This document shows, piece by piece, positions 1 through 9,239 of a DNA stretch of 64,000 bases. A program made the position numbers and the translations under genes. The notes under the pieces were generated by a model. It was not told the DNA's origin. It searched no databases and saw only the letters and a list, made by a program, of their open reading frames with translations. The stretch's first letter is position 1, and each line of letters begins with the position of its first letter. The DNA is taken from the NCBI RefSeq assembly GCF_014930455.1, contig NZ_JAAIYO010000008.1, positions 32,367-96,366 of the forward strand, given 5' to 3'. This DNA is from Corallococcus soli (GTDB lineage: Bacteria > Myxococcota > Myxococcia > Myxococcales > Myxococcaceae).

Positions 1-1286
1 CCATCGCCGAGGTGAAGACGCTGGGCACCGGGCAGCTGCTCGTCACCGGCCAGACGGAAGGCAAGACGACGCTGCTCGTCTGGAAGTCGTCGGGCCAGCG
101 CATCAGCTACCTGGTGACGGTCCGCAAGCAGGACCCCAACGAGGTCATCTCCGAGATCAAGCGCCTGCTGGGCGAAATCGAAGGCGTCTCCGTCCGCATG
201 GTGGGTGATCGCATCTACCTGGACGGTCAGGCCTACACCACGCAGGACGCGGACCGCATCGAGCAGGTGGTGAGCCTCTACCCGAACGTGAAGTCGTTCG
301 TGAAGATCGCCCCCAACGCCAAGAAGCTGGTCGCGCAGAACCTGAACGCGGCCTTCCAGAAGGCGGGCCTGAAGAACGTGCAGGCCAACGTGGTGGGCGC
401 GACCATCTTCCTGGAGGGCTCCGTGGAGAGCCAGCAGGACCTGCAGAAGGCGGAGCTCATCACCAAGGCCATTGGCGAGAAGGTGGAGAACCTGCTCGTC
501 GTCGGCATCAAGCGGATGATCCTCTCCGAGGTGCAGTTCGTCGAAATCCGCCGCAACAGCCGCGATCGCTACGGCATCAAGTACCCCACCGACATCACCG
601 GCACGCTCAGCGCGACGGCGAACCTCACCAAGGCGCTCATCCCGTCGGGTGACGCGGCCTCCAACCTCATCCTGGGCGCGACGGGCGGGTCGGACCTGTC
701 CATCGGCTTCCAGGCCAACGACGGCTACGGCCGCCTGCTGGCGCAGCCCAAGCTGGTGTGCGCGAGCGGTGAGAAGGCGGAGTTCCTGGCCGGCGGCGAG
801 GTGCCCATCCCGCTCATCACCAACACGCAGTTCACGGTGGAGTACAAGCCCTACGGCGTCATCCTGAACATCCGCCCCACCGCGGACCGCAACGGCAACA
901 TCCAGACGGAGGTGGAGGCGGAGGCCTCTGAAATCGACACGTCCGTGTCGGTGTCCTTCGGTGGTTCGTCCGCCATCCCCGGCTTCCGCACCCGCAAGGT
1001 GAAGACGAACGTCACCGTGCGCCACGGTGAGACCATCGTGCTGTCGGGCGTGTTCAGCCACGACGAGCAGAAGGCCGTCGCGAAGCTGCCGGGCCTGGGC
1101 AACATCCCCATCGTGGGCGAGCTGTTCAAGAACCGCGCGTTCGACTCCACCAAGCGCGAGCTGGTGATCTTCGTCACCCCGCGCATCGTGAACCCGGACT
1201 CCGACAAGGTCCGCAGCATCATCGAGGACGTGAAGACCCGCTACAAGCAGGCCCGCTCCGAGGTGAACTTCAACATCTTCGACTGA
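1..1286 (+). CDS. Tad/Flp-pilus type secretin (CpaC/RcpA-like), 5'-truncated at window edge
   Basis: Reading frame is open from base 3 (IAEVKTLGTGQLLVTGQ...). The N-terminal periplasmic beta domains and the C-terminal secretin signature GLGNIPIVGELFKNRAFDSTKRELVIFVTPRIV are present. It sits immediately upstream of a CpaF-type ATPase. Confidence 0.8.
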   Translation, partial: IAEVKTLGTGQLLVTGQTEGKTTLLVWKSSGQRISYLVTVRKQDPNEVISEIKRLLGEIEGVSVRMVGDRIYLDGQAYTTQDADRIEQVVSLYPNVKSFVKIAPNAKKLVAQNLNAAFQKAGLKNVQANVVGATIFLEGSVESQQDLQKAELITKAIGEKVENLLVVGIKRMILSEVQFVEIRRNSRDRYGIKYPTDITGTLSATANLTKALIPSGDAASNLILGATGGSDLSIGFQANDGYGRLLAQPKLVCASGEKAEFLAGGEVPIPLITNTQFTVEYKPYGVILNIRPTADRNGNIQTEVEAEASEIDTSVSVSFGGSSAIPGFRTRKVKTNVTVRHGETIVLSGVFSHDEQKAVAKLPGLGNIPIVGELFKNRAFDSTKRELVIFVTPRIVNPDSDKVRSIIEDVKTRYKQARSEVNFNIFD

Positions 1287-1451
1287 CGCGGGCGCCCGTC
1301 ACGGGCCCCGACAGCGACTGGCGCGTGTCCTCCGGGCCGGCCCCGCTCCCCTCCAGAAGGGGGGAGGGTGCCGGCCCGAGAGCTTGCGGGCAGGCGAGCG
1401 CGTGCGCAGGAGTCTTTGAGGTGGCAGGAGGGCTTGGTAGCATCCCGACCC

Positions 1452-3215
1452 ATGTTTCTCATCACCCTGGCGGAGAAGGGCGGCGGGACGGAGCAGCGGG
1501 AATACCCCAAGAACGAGGTCACCATTGGCCGGCTCGCCGGCAATGACATCGTTCTGGCGAAGGGGAATGTCTCCAAGTACCACTCCCGCATCGTCGAGAA
1601 GGACGGTCGCTTCATCATCGTGGACATGAAGTCCACGAATGGCACCTTCGTGAACGGCAAGAAGATTGCCGGGCCCATGGTGCTGAAGCCCACGGACCAG
1701 GTCTCCATTGGAGACTACATCCTCAACGTCGAAGCGCTGGAGGACGCGCCTCAGGACGACGCGCAGGGCGAAGAGGCCTACGACGAGGAGCAGGGCGAGG
1801 AGCCCTACGAGGAGGAAGAGGCCTACGAGGAGGAGGAGCCCTACGAGGAGGAGGCTCCGGCCCCCGCCGCGCCCAGCCGCATGCCCGCGTCCATGGCCGC
1901 GGCCATGGCGAAGAACAAGAAGAAGGTGGACCCCCGGCTGGAGCGCTACTCGCGCCTCCAGAAGGAGATCCACGACCGGCTCATCGAGTACCTGGACCTG
2001 CGTCGCATGGACATGGACCGGCTCGGGGACGAGGAGCTGTGGCGCCGCACCGAGAAGGCCATCCGCGACATCATCGACCAGATGGAAGCGGACGGAGAGC
2101 TTCCCACGGACGTGGACCGCGAGGAGCTGCTCACCGACGTCATCAACGAGGCGCTGGGCCTGGGGCCCCTCGAAGCGTTCCTCGCGTCGGAGGAGATCAG
2201 CGAGATCATGGTGAACCACGCCAACCAGATCTACATCGAGCGGCGGGGCAAGCTGACGCTGTCGGAGAAGACCTTCTCCTCCAACCAGGCGGTGCTCGGC
2301 GTCATCGAGCGCATCGTGGCGCCCATTGGCCGGCGCATCGACGAGTCCAGCCCGCTGGTGGACGCGCGCTTGAAGGACGGCAGCCGCGTCAACGCCATCA
2401 TCCCGCCGCTGGCCCTCAAGGGCCCCTGCATCACCATCCGCAAGTTCAAGAAGGACGCGCTGAAGATCCAGGATCTCATCAAGTACAAGACCGTCACCGC
2501 GCAGATGGCGGAGTTCCTGGAGATGTGCGTGACGGCGCGTCGCAACATCGTCATCTCCGGCGGCACCGGCTCCGGCAAGACGACGACGCTGAACATCATC
2601 AGCTCCTTCATCCCGGAGGGCGAGCGCATCATCACGGTGGAGGACGCCGCGGAGCTGCAGCTTCCGCAGGACCACTGGGTGCAGTTGGAGAGCCGCCCGC
2701 CCAACCTGGAAGGCAAGGGCGCCATCACCATCCGCGAGCTGGTGAAGAACTGCCTGCGCATGCGGCCCGACCGCATCGTCGTGGGCGAGTGCCGCTCCGG
2801 CGAGACGCTGGACATGCTCCAGGCGATGAACACCGGCCACGACGGTTCGCTCACCACGCTGCACGCGAACACGCCGCGTGACGCCATCGCGCGGCTGGAG
2901 ACGATGGTGCTCATGTCCGGCATGGAGCTGCCGGTGAAGGCCATCCGCGAGCAGATTGCCAGCGCCGTGCACCTCATCGTGCAGCAGACGCGCTTCTCCG
3001 ACGGCTCTCGCAAGATTTGCTACATCACGGAGGTGTCCGGCATGGAGGTCGACATCGTGACCCTGCAGGACATCTTCTATTACAAGCAGGATGGCTTCAC
3101 CGAAGACCACAAGGTGCGCGGGCGCTACGTGGCTTCGGGCTTCGTGCCGAAGTTCTATGACGAACTTCAGCGCAAGGGCCTTCCGGTGAACATGAGCATC
3201 TTCCGCGAGGACTGA
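1452..3215 (+). CDS. FHA-domain-fused CpaF/TadA-family type II/IV secretion ATPase
   Basis: ATG at 1452 gives MFLITLAEKGG. FHA motifs are present (TIGRLAGNDIVL, KYHSRIV, STNGTFVNG). An acidic EEAYEEEEPYEEE linker follows. The ATPase core has Walker A GGTGSGKTTTLN, ITVEDAAEL, and the His box TGHDGSLTTLHAN. Confidence 0.85.
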   Translation: MFLITLAEKGGGTEQREYPKNEVTIGRLAGNDIVLAKGNVSKYHSRIVEKDGRFIIVDMKSTNGTFVNGKKIAGPMVLKPTDQVSIGDYILNVEALEDAPQDDAQGEEAYDEEQGEEPYEEEEAYEEEEPYEEEAPAPAAPSRMPASMAAAMAKNKKKVDPRLERYSRLQKEIHDRLIEYLDLRRMDMDRLGDEELWRRTEKAIRDIIDQMEADGELPTDVDREELLTDVINEALGLGPLEAFLASEEISEIMVNHANQIYIERRGKLTLSEKTFSSNQAVLGVIERIVAPIGRRIDESSPLVDARLKDGSRVNAIIPPLALKGPCITIRKFKKDALKIQDLIKYKTVTAQMAEFLEMCVTARRNIVISGGTGSGKTTTLNIISSFIPEGERIITVEDAAELQLPQDHWVQLESRPPNLEGKGAITIRELVKNCLRMRPDRIVVGECRSGETLDMLQAMNTGHDGSLTTLHANTPRDAIARLETMVLMSGMELPVKAIREQIASAVHLIVQQTRFSDGSRKICYITEVSGMEVDIVTLQDIFYYKQDGFTEDHKVRGRYVASGFVPKFYDELQRKGLPVNMSIFRED

Positions 3216-3222
3216 CGCGCCC

Positions 3223-5427
3223 ATGGCAATCCTGGTCGTCCGTCACCCCGACGGCACTGAGCACGAGCACGAAATCGCTGGCGAGCTGAAGATTGGCCGC
3301 CAGCAGGGCAATGACCTCGTCCTCACGGAGGGCGGCGTGTCGCGGCAGCACGCGCGCATCTACGTGGAGGGCGGCACGGTCTACGTCGAGGATGGTGGCA
3401 GCCAGAACGGCACCTTCATCGACGGGCAGCGCATTGAGGGCCCCACGGCGCTGCTGCCCGGCTCGCAGGTGCTGCTGGGCGACTACGAGCTGAAGCTCAA
3501 GGGCGGCGCGAAGCGCTCCAGCGGGCGCAAGGCCGCGGTGGACACCGCGGTGGACGAGGAGCCTCCGGCGCTCGCGGACGTCCCCGTGCGGGGCACGCGC
3601 GCCATGCCCAGCATCCGGGCCAGGGCCACCGCGAACGGGGCCGCGAAGCCCCCTGGCGCGGCGCTGGCGAAGCGGCCCTCGCGGGCCCTCAGCACGCCCG
3701 CGGGGCCGGGTTCGGGGCCGGTGCTCAAGGGCATGACGGGGCCGTGGGCCGGCCGGTCCTACCCCCTCAACGGGGTGGTGCTGGTGGGCCGGGCGCCGCC
3801 GGCGGTGGTGCTGCTCGACGACGACTCGGTGAGCCGCAAGCACGCGGAGGTCGAACTCGCGGGCAACGTCGCGCGCGCCCGCGACCTGGGCAGCGCGAAC
3901 GGCACGCTGCTCAACGGCGAGCTGCTGGGGCAGGAGTTCGTCGAACTCCAGGCGGGCGACGTCCTCCAGTTCGGCGTGGTGGAGATGGCCTACGAGGCCT
4001 CCGACACGCCCTCGCGGCGTCCGGGCTCGGGCATCCCCGCGCGGCGCGGAGGAGGCCGGGGCCAGCCGGAGGTGAGCAACAACCGGCGCACGATGCTGGT
4101 GGTGGCCGGAGGCGCGATGGCGCTCCTGGCGGTGGTGGCGGTCGTGAAGGGGACCCTCGTGGCGCCCCCGCCGCCGCCCACCCAGGCCGCGGTGAATGAT
4201 CCCGCGCAGCAGGTGCAGGAGCTGCTCAGCGAGTGTCGCACCTACGCGTCCAACGAGATGGGGCAGCCGGACTGGGCCCGGGCCGAGACGGCCTGTGAGA
4301 AGGCGCTGGACCAGGACCCCATCAACGCGGAGGCGAACACCCTCATCCGGCGCATCAAGCTGGAGCGGGAGGCCTTCGAGAACCTGGAGTTCGCGAAGAA
4401 GTCCGTGGAGCTGAACCGCGAGAAGGACGCCCTCATCGCGCTGCGCAAGATTCCGAAGGAGAGCGAGTACTTCCGCCGCGCCCGCGCGAAGGCGCGCGAG
4501 TCCGCGGACCGCTTCGTGTCGCGCGCGAAGGACGACTGCAAGCGCTACCTGGGCAACTCGCAGTGGAGCGCCGCGGTGCCCCGCTGCCAGGACTACATGG
4601 AAGTGTGGTGCCAGAAGCAGAACCGGGAGGAGCTGTCGCCGCCGCTGGGCCAGACGCTGCGCCTGGAGGGCGCGCTGCGGCGCAACGAGTGGCGCCCCAA
4701 GGACGCCATGTTCGTGAAGTTCCTGGTGGCCCGCCTCAAGCTGGATCGCAACGCGGCGCCGTGGACGTGCCCGGTGTCGGACATCCTGGCGGAGGACGAG
4801 TCCGGGCCGGATCAGGCCAGCCAGGTGCGCAACATGATGAACAGCCGCTACAGCGCGAAGCTGATGCAGGCGGCGATGATGGACTACTGGGCGGGGCGCG
4901 GCAGCGAGTCGCTGGCGACGTTGCAGAAGCTGCGCTCGAAGGTGGACTCCGCGCAGTACCACGCCCCGGCGGACGAGCTGATGCGGGACGTGTCCAACGT
5001 GGACCAGCTCTTCAAGGCGGGCGAGAGCGCGCTCACGCGCGAGGACCCGGAGCGCGCGGTGGAGCCCTTCAAGGAAGCGCTGGCGACGGACAAGCGCCTG
5101 ATGGGCGAGCTGGCGGAGACGCACCTGTCGTTCTACCGGAAGAACATCCTCCAGGACATGGCGGCGGCGTCGTACCTGCGCGGCAAGCACTTCGCGGATC
5201 GCGACGACAAGCGCCGCGGCTGCCGCATCTGGAAGCTGGGCTTCGACTTCTACAAGGGCAACACGGACCTCAACCGCACGGTGGCCTACTGTTCGACGCT
5301 CGCGCAGCAGGTGCTCAACAACGCGGCGGGCTGCCCGGACCTGGGCGCGGTGGAGGACTACGCGGTGCCGGGTGACGGCATCGCGGAGCTGGTGGCGGCG
5401 AAGAAGCAGGAGCTGAAGTGCCGTTGA
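3223..5427 (+). CDS. tandem FHA-domain membrane protein with C-terminal helical domain
   Basis: There are two FHA units (KIGRQQGNDLVL...SRQHARI...SQNGTFIDG and LVGRAPPAVVLLDDDSVSRKHAEV...SANGTLLNG). One TM helix follows (MLVVAGGAMALLAVVAVV), then a 400 aa helical C-terminal domain. The start is 8 nt after the ATPase stop. Confidence 0.7.
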   Translation: MAILVVRHPDGTEHEHEIAGELKIGRQQGNDLVLTEGGVSRQHARIYVEGGTVYVEDGGSQNGTFIDGQRIEGPTALLPGSQVLLGDYELKLKGGAKRSSGRKAAVDTAVDEEPPALADVPVRGTRAMPSIRARATANGAAKPPGAALAKRPSRALSTPAGPGSGPVLKGMTGPWAGRSYPLNGVVLVGRAPPAVVLLDDDSVSRKHAEVELAGNVARARDLGSANGTLLNGELLGQEFVELQAGDVLQFGVVEMAYEASDTPSRRPGSGIPARRGGGRGQPEVSNNRRTMLVVAGGAMALLAVVAVVKGTLVAPPPPPTQAAVNDPAQQVQELLSECRTYASNEMGQPDWARAETACEKALDQDPINAEANTLIRRIKLEREAFENLEFAKKSVELNREKDALIALRKIPKESEYFRRARAKARESADRFVSRAKDDCKRYLGNSQWSAAVPRCQDYMEVWCQKQNREELSPPLGQTLRLEGALRRNEWRPKDAMFVKFLVARLKLDRNAAPWTCPVSDILAEDESGPDQASQVRNMMNSRYSAKLMQAAMMDYWAGRGSESLATLQKLRSKVDSAQYHAPADELMRDVSNVDQLFKAGESALTREDPERAVEPFKEALATDKRLMGELAETHLSFYRKNILQDMAAASYLRGKHFADRDDKRRGCRIWKLGFDFYKGNTDLNRTVAYCSTLAQQVLNNAAGCPDLGAVEDYAVPGDGIAELVAAKKQELKCR

Positions 5428-5486
5428 GCGGAGCCCCCGCGTGGGGCTTCGTGGACAGGGAGCGGGAGGCGCGCTAGGCACGGGGG

Positions 5487-8189
5487 ATGGCCGACACCAG
5501 CCCCCCGCGCACCGAGCGCCGCCTGGCCCTCTTCGACGCCTCTGGCTTCATCTTCCGCGCCTACCACGCCATCCCCCCGCTCACGACGAGCAAGGGGGTG
5601 CCCACCAACGCGGTGCTGGGCTTCACCCGCATGGTGCTCAAGGCCCTGCAGGAGCTGAAGCCCACGCACGTGGCCCTGGCATTCGACAAGTCAGGGCGCG
5701 TGGAGCGCCAGAAGATCGACCCGCAGTACAAGGCGAACCGCAAGGCGCCGCCGGAGGATTTGACGCCCCAGTTCCCGCTCATCCGCAAGGTGGGCGACGT
5801 GCTCAACCTCCCGTCCCTGGACGCGGAGGGCTGGGAGGCGGACGACGTCATCGGCACGCTGGCGATGCAGGCCAAGGCCGAGGGCTTCCAGGTCCTCGTC
5901 GTCACCAGCGACAAGGACTTCATGCAGATCGTCGACGAGGACATCACCCTCTTCGATCCGCAGAAGAACAAGCGGATGGCCGTCGCGGACGTGCAGGAGA
6001 AGATGGGCATCCTGCCCCGGCAGGTGCGCGACTTCCTGGCCCTGGTGGGCGACGCGGTGGACAACGTCGCCAAGGTGCCCGGCGTGGGCGACAAGACGGC
6101 GGTGGAACTGCTGCACCAGTTTGGCGACGTGGAGACGCTGCTGTCGCGGCTGGAGGAAGTGAAGAAGCCGAAGATCCGCGCCGCGCTGGAGTCCCACCGC
6201 GACAGCCTGGTGCGCGCCAAGCAGCTGGTGACGTTCAACACCACGCTGCCCCTGGGCGTGAAGCTGGACGACCTGGTGCGCAAGGCGCCGGACGGCACGC
6301 GCGCGCGCGACCTGTTCACGGAGCTGGAGTTCTTCGCGCTGCTGCGCGACCTGCCGGCGGAGGAGACGCCGCGTCCGGACGTGGCGCCGCTCGTCGCCAC
6401 CACCACGGTGGTCACCACGGAGGCGGAGCTCCAGTCGCTGGTGGACGCGGCGCGCGCCGCCCAGGCCGTCACGCTGGTGCCCGCCTTCGAGGGCATGCCC
6501 TTCGCTGCGCCCCTGGTGGGCCTGGGCGTGGCGCTGCCGGACGGCACCACGCGCTACGTGCCCCTGCGGCACCAGCAGCTGGGCGCGTCCCAGGTGCCGG
6601 TGCCCGCGTTCGTGGCGGCCATGAAGGACCTGCTGGCGGACGCGGGCGTGAAGAAGGGCGGGCATGACCTCAAGGCGCTCACGCTGGTGCTGGCCAACGA
6701 CGGGCTGACGCTGGAGGGCGCGCACGACGACGTGGAGCTGCTGAGCTACCTGCTCAACCCGTCGCGCCGTGAGCACGCGCTGGCGGACCTGGCGCGGGAG
6801 CGGCTGCGCTCGGAGCTGCCCGCGCTGCCGGCGTCGGTGGAGGGCAAGAAGGGGCGGGCGCTGTCGGACCACGGGCCGGAGGAGGTGGCCGCGGCGTACG
6901 CGGTGCGCGCGGACGCGGCGCGCCGGCTGGCGCCGGAGCTGTGGCGGGAGCTGGAGCTGGGCGGGCTCGCGGAGCTGGCGCGCACGCTGGAATTGCCGCT
7001 GCTGCCCATCCTGGCGCGCATGGAGCGCGAGGGCGTCAAGCTGGACGTGAAGGAGCTGGGCCGCATCTCCGAGCGCGTGGACGTGGAGGTGAAGGCGAAG
7101 GAGGCCGAGTGCCACACGGCCGCGGGCCACGTCTTCAACCTGGGCTCCAACCCGCAGCTGGCGCAGGTGCTCTACGAAGAGCAGAAGCTGCCCATCCTCA
7201 AGCGCGGCAAGACGGGCCCGTCCACGGATCAGGAGGTGCTGGAGAAGCTGGCCGAGGAGCACGGCAGCGTCCTGGCGCGGGCCCTCATCGAGTACCGGGG
7301 CCTGTCCAAGCTCAAGAGCACGTACCTGGACACGCTGCCGTCGCTGGTGGCGAAGGACGGGCGCATCCATACGACGTACCACCAGGCGGCCACCGCCACC
7401 GGCCGGCTGTCGTCGTCCGACCCGAACCTCCAGAACATCCCCATCCGCACGGAGCTGGGCCGGGAGATCCGCCGCGCCTTCGTGGCGGACGCGGGGCACC
7501 AGCTGGTGAGCGCGGACTACTCGCAGGTGGAGCTGCGCCTCCTGGCCCACATCGCGGAGGACCCGGTCCTCATCCAGGCGTTCCTGGACGACGAGGACAT
7601 CCACAGCCGCACGGCGGCGGAGATCTTCGGCGTGGATCCGAAGACCGTGGACCGCGAGCAGCGCCGCGTGGCGAAGACGGTGAACTTCGGCATCGCGTAC
7701 GGCCTGTCCGCGCACGGCCTGTCCACGCGGCTGGGCATCTCCCAGGAGAGCGCCCGCGACGTCATCGAGCGGTACTTCACCCGGTACGCGGGCATCCGCC
7801 AGTACCTGGAGGACACCGTGGAGAAGGCGCGCAAGGTGGGCTACGTGGAGACGCTCTACGGCCGCCGCCGCCTGATGGGCGACCTGCTCTCCAAGAACCG
7901 GGGCGTGGCCCAGGCCGCCGAGCGCGCCGCCATCAACATGCCCATCCAGGGCACCGCCGCGGACCTGATGAAGAAGGCGATGCTGTCCGTGGACGCGGCG
8001 CTGCGGGAGCAGAAGCTGAAGGCCCGCGTGCTGTTGCAGGTGCACGACGAACTGCTCATTGAAGCGCCGGACGCGGAGGTGGAGGCGGTGAAGGCCCTGG
8101 CCGTGCGGTGCATGGCCTCCGTCGCGGAGCTGAAGGTGCCGCTCAAGGTGGACGTGGGCGCCGGCACGAGCTGGGCGGACGCGCACTAG
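5487..8189 (+). CDS. polA: DNA polymerase I
   Basis: The 5'-3' exonuclease N-terminus is present (LFDASGFIFRAYHAIPPLTTSKG). Klenow-like polymerase motifs follow: DYSQVELRLLAH (motif A), RRVAKTVNFGIAYG (motif B), and LQVHDELLIE (motif C). Length is 900 aa. Confidence 0.95.
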   Translation: MADTSPPRTERRLALFDASGFIFRAYHAIPPLTTSKGVPTNAVLGFTRMVLKALQELKPTHVALAFDKSGRVERQKIDPQYKANRKAPPEDLTPQFPLIRKVGDVLNLPSLDAEGWEADDVIGTLAMQAKAEGFQVLVVTSDKDFMQIVDEDITLFDPQKNKRMAVADVQEKMGILPRQVRDFLALVGDAVDNVAKVPGVGDKTAVELLHQFGDVETLLSRLEEVKKPKIRAALESHRDSLVRAKQLVTFNTTLPLGVKLDDLVRKAPDGTRARDLFTELEFFALLRDLPAEETPRPDVAPLVATTTVVTTEAELQSLVDAARAAQAVTLVPAFEGMPFAAPLVGLGVALPDGTTRYVPLRHQQLGASQVPVPAFVAAMKDLLADAGVKKGGHDLKALTLVLANDGLTLEGAHDDVELLSYLLNPSRREHALADLARERLRSELPALPASVEGKKGRALSDHGPEEVAAAYAVRADAARRLAPELWRELELGGLAELARTLELPLLPILARMEREGVKLDVKELGRISERVDVEVKAKEAECHTAAGHVFNLGSNPQLAQVLYEEQKLPILKRGKTGPSTDQEVLEKLAEEHGSVLARALIEYRGLSKLKSTYLDTLPSLVAKDGRIHTTYHQAATATGRLSSSDPNLQNIPIRTELGREIRRAFVADAGHQLVSADYSQVELRLLAHIAEDPVLIQAFLDDEDIHSRTAAEIFGVDPKTVDREQRRVAKTVNFGIAYGLSAHGLSTRLGISQESARDVIERYFTRYAGIRQYLEDTVEKARKVGYVETLYGRRRLMGDLLSKNRGVAQAAERAAINMPIQGTAADLMKKAMLSVDAALREQKLKARVLLQVHDELLIEAPDAEVEAVKALAVRCMASVAELKVPLKVDVGAGTSWADAH

Positions 8190-8198
8190 GGCTTCCGG

Positions 8199-8243
8199 AA
8201 AAAAAATGCGGGAGAGCGCCCACCCCCGTAGGCGCCCTCCCGC
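8199..8243 (-). terminator. putative intrinsic terminator (GC hairpin followed by U-tract on minus strand)
   Basis: GGGAGAGCGCC-N10-GGCGCCCTCCC is an 11-bp stem with one mismatch. The A8 run at 8199-8206 is a U8 tract on the minus strand. It lies downstream of the minus-strand gene ending at 8513 and 10 nt after the polA stop. Confidence 0.35.
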
Positions 8244-8302
8244 GTCTGCCCCGTCCCACTCCCCCCGACAAAACATGCCGATCCGTCCGACCGGCGGAGC
8301 GC

Positions 8303-8407
8303 GCGGACCCCCATCCACGCGTTCCGGCGTTCGAACCTGTGTGCGCGCTCACCGCTCCCCCGAGCAGGAACACGCTCCCCAAGGCGCGTCGCGGACCCCC
8401 ATCCACG
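8303..8407. repeat. two copies of a 17-bp direct repeat GCGGACCCCCATCCACG in the polA-downstream intergenic region
   Basis: Exact copies are at 8303-8319 and 8391-8407, spaced 88 bp apart, in a 320-bp non-coding stretch. Confidence 0.6.
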
Positions 8408-8512
8408 ACAGCGCACCCTCCCGCCAGCCCCCGGACCCTCCCTTGTGGGGAGAAGCGTCAAGCCGGACGGATCGGCAAACCGTTGCTGCGAAAAGTCAGA
8501 GCCCGCTTCGGC

Positions 8513-9124
8513 TCAGTGCATGGCGGACCGCTCGTCGCGACGGCCCACCGGGGCCCGCTTCGCGTGGGACGGCCGCTCGAAGTACTCCACCACCAACCCA
8601 CCGAAGGGCACCCGCGGACCGTCCGCCTTGGGGTCCGCCAGCCGCTGCAGCAGCGCCACCGCGCTGTCCACGGCCTCGTCCAGGGCGCGGTTGATGCGCT
8701 GGCGCTCCGCGTCGCCACCGCCCAGGACTTCCAGGGCATCCACCAGGCACCGCCGCAGCAGTGCGAACTCGTCGTGCAGGGCCCGCGCGCCGCGCTCCGG
8801 CGCCAGGCGCAGCACCGCGCGGGTGCGACTCCAGGGGCTCGTCTCCGCGCCCTCCAGCGTCAGCCCCAGCTCCCGGACGAAGGGCTCCACCAGTCCGTCC
8901 AGCAGGCTGGGGCCCGGAACGCCCTGGCCCTCGTGCGCCGCCAGCCGCATCCGGCGCCACAACGCCGCGATGCGCTCCGGCTGCCTGCTGAAGACCCGGG
9001 CTGCTCCGGCCTTCTTCCGTCCCCGCTCCGCCGCCATGTCCGTTGTCGTCCGCATCGCGAACGGAGACATAGCAAGCGCTTTGCCAACGCCAGACGTGGG
9101 CCAGTGGCCAATGAATCCAGCCAC
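8513..9124 (-). CDS. hypothetical protein
   Basis: A 203-codon ORF with uniformly G/C third positions and a protein-like sequence (ALDEAVDSAVALLQRLADPKADG). The exact start is uncertain because several in-frame Met codons exist. Confidence 0.5.
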   Translation of the reverse strand: MAGFIGHWPTSGVGKALAMSPFAMRTTTDMAAERGRKKAGAARVFSRQPERIAALWRRMRLAAHEGQGVPGPSLLDGLVEPFVRELGLTLEGAETSPWSRTRAVLRLAPERGARALHDEFALLRRCLVDALEVLGGGDAERQRINRALDEAVDSAVALLQRLADPKADGPRVPFGGLVVEYFERPSHAKRAPVGRRDERSAMH

Positions 9125-9239
9125 TTGGGCAATGCCCCTGCCCTGAAGGGAGGCCCGAGGGCGTAAATCCTACGGGGCGGGTGTTGAAAGCAGGGGGGCC
9201 AGGGGAAGTTCCTTCCCAGCCTGGGCAGGGGGACGCCCG

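Noticed and set aside
1299-8318. Very long ORFs on the strand opposite the CpaF-like, tandem-FHA and polA genes (for example 1299-3224 minus, 3097-5481 minus, 5691-8318 minus)
   Set aside because: They are antisense to genes with strong, specific domain matches. Their translations are Arg/Ala/Gly/His-rich low-complexity strings. This is typical of high-GC DNA, where stop codons are rare in all frames.
8320-8345. GGCGTTCGAACCTGTG segment resembling a tRNA T-arm
   Set aside because: No acceptor stem, anticodon arm or CCA context could be built around it, so this is not a tRNA.
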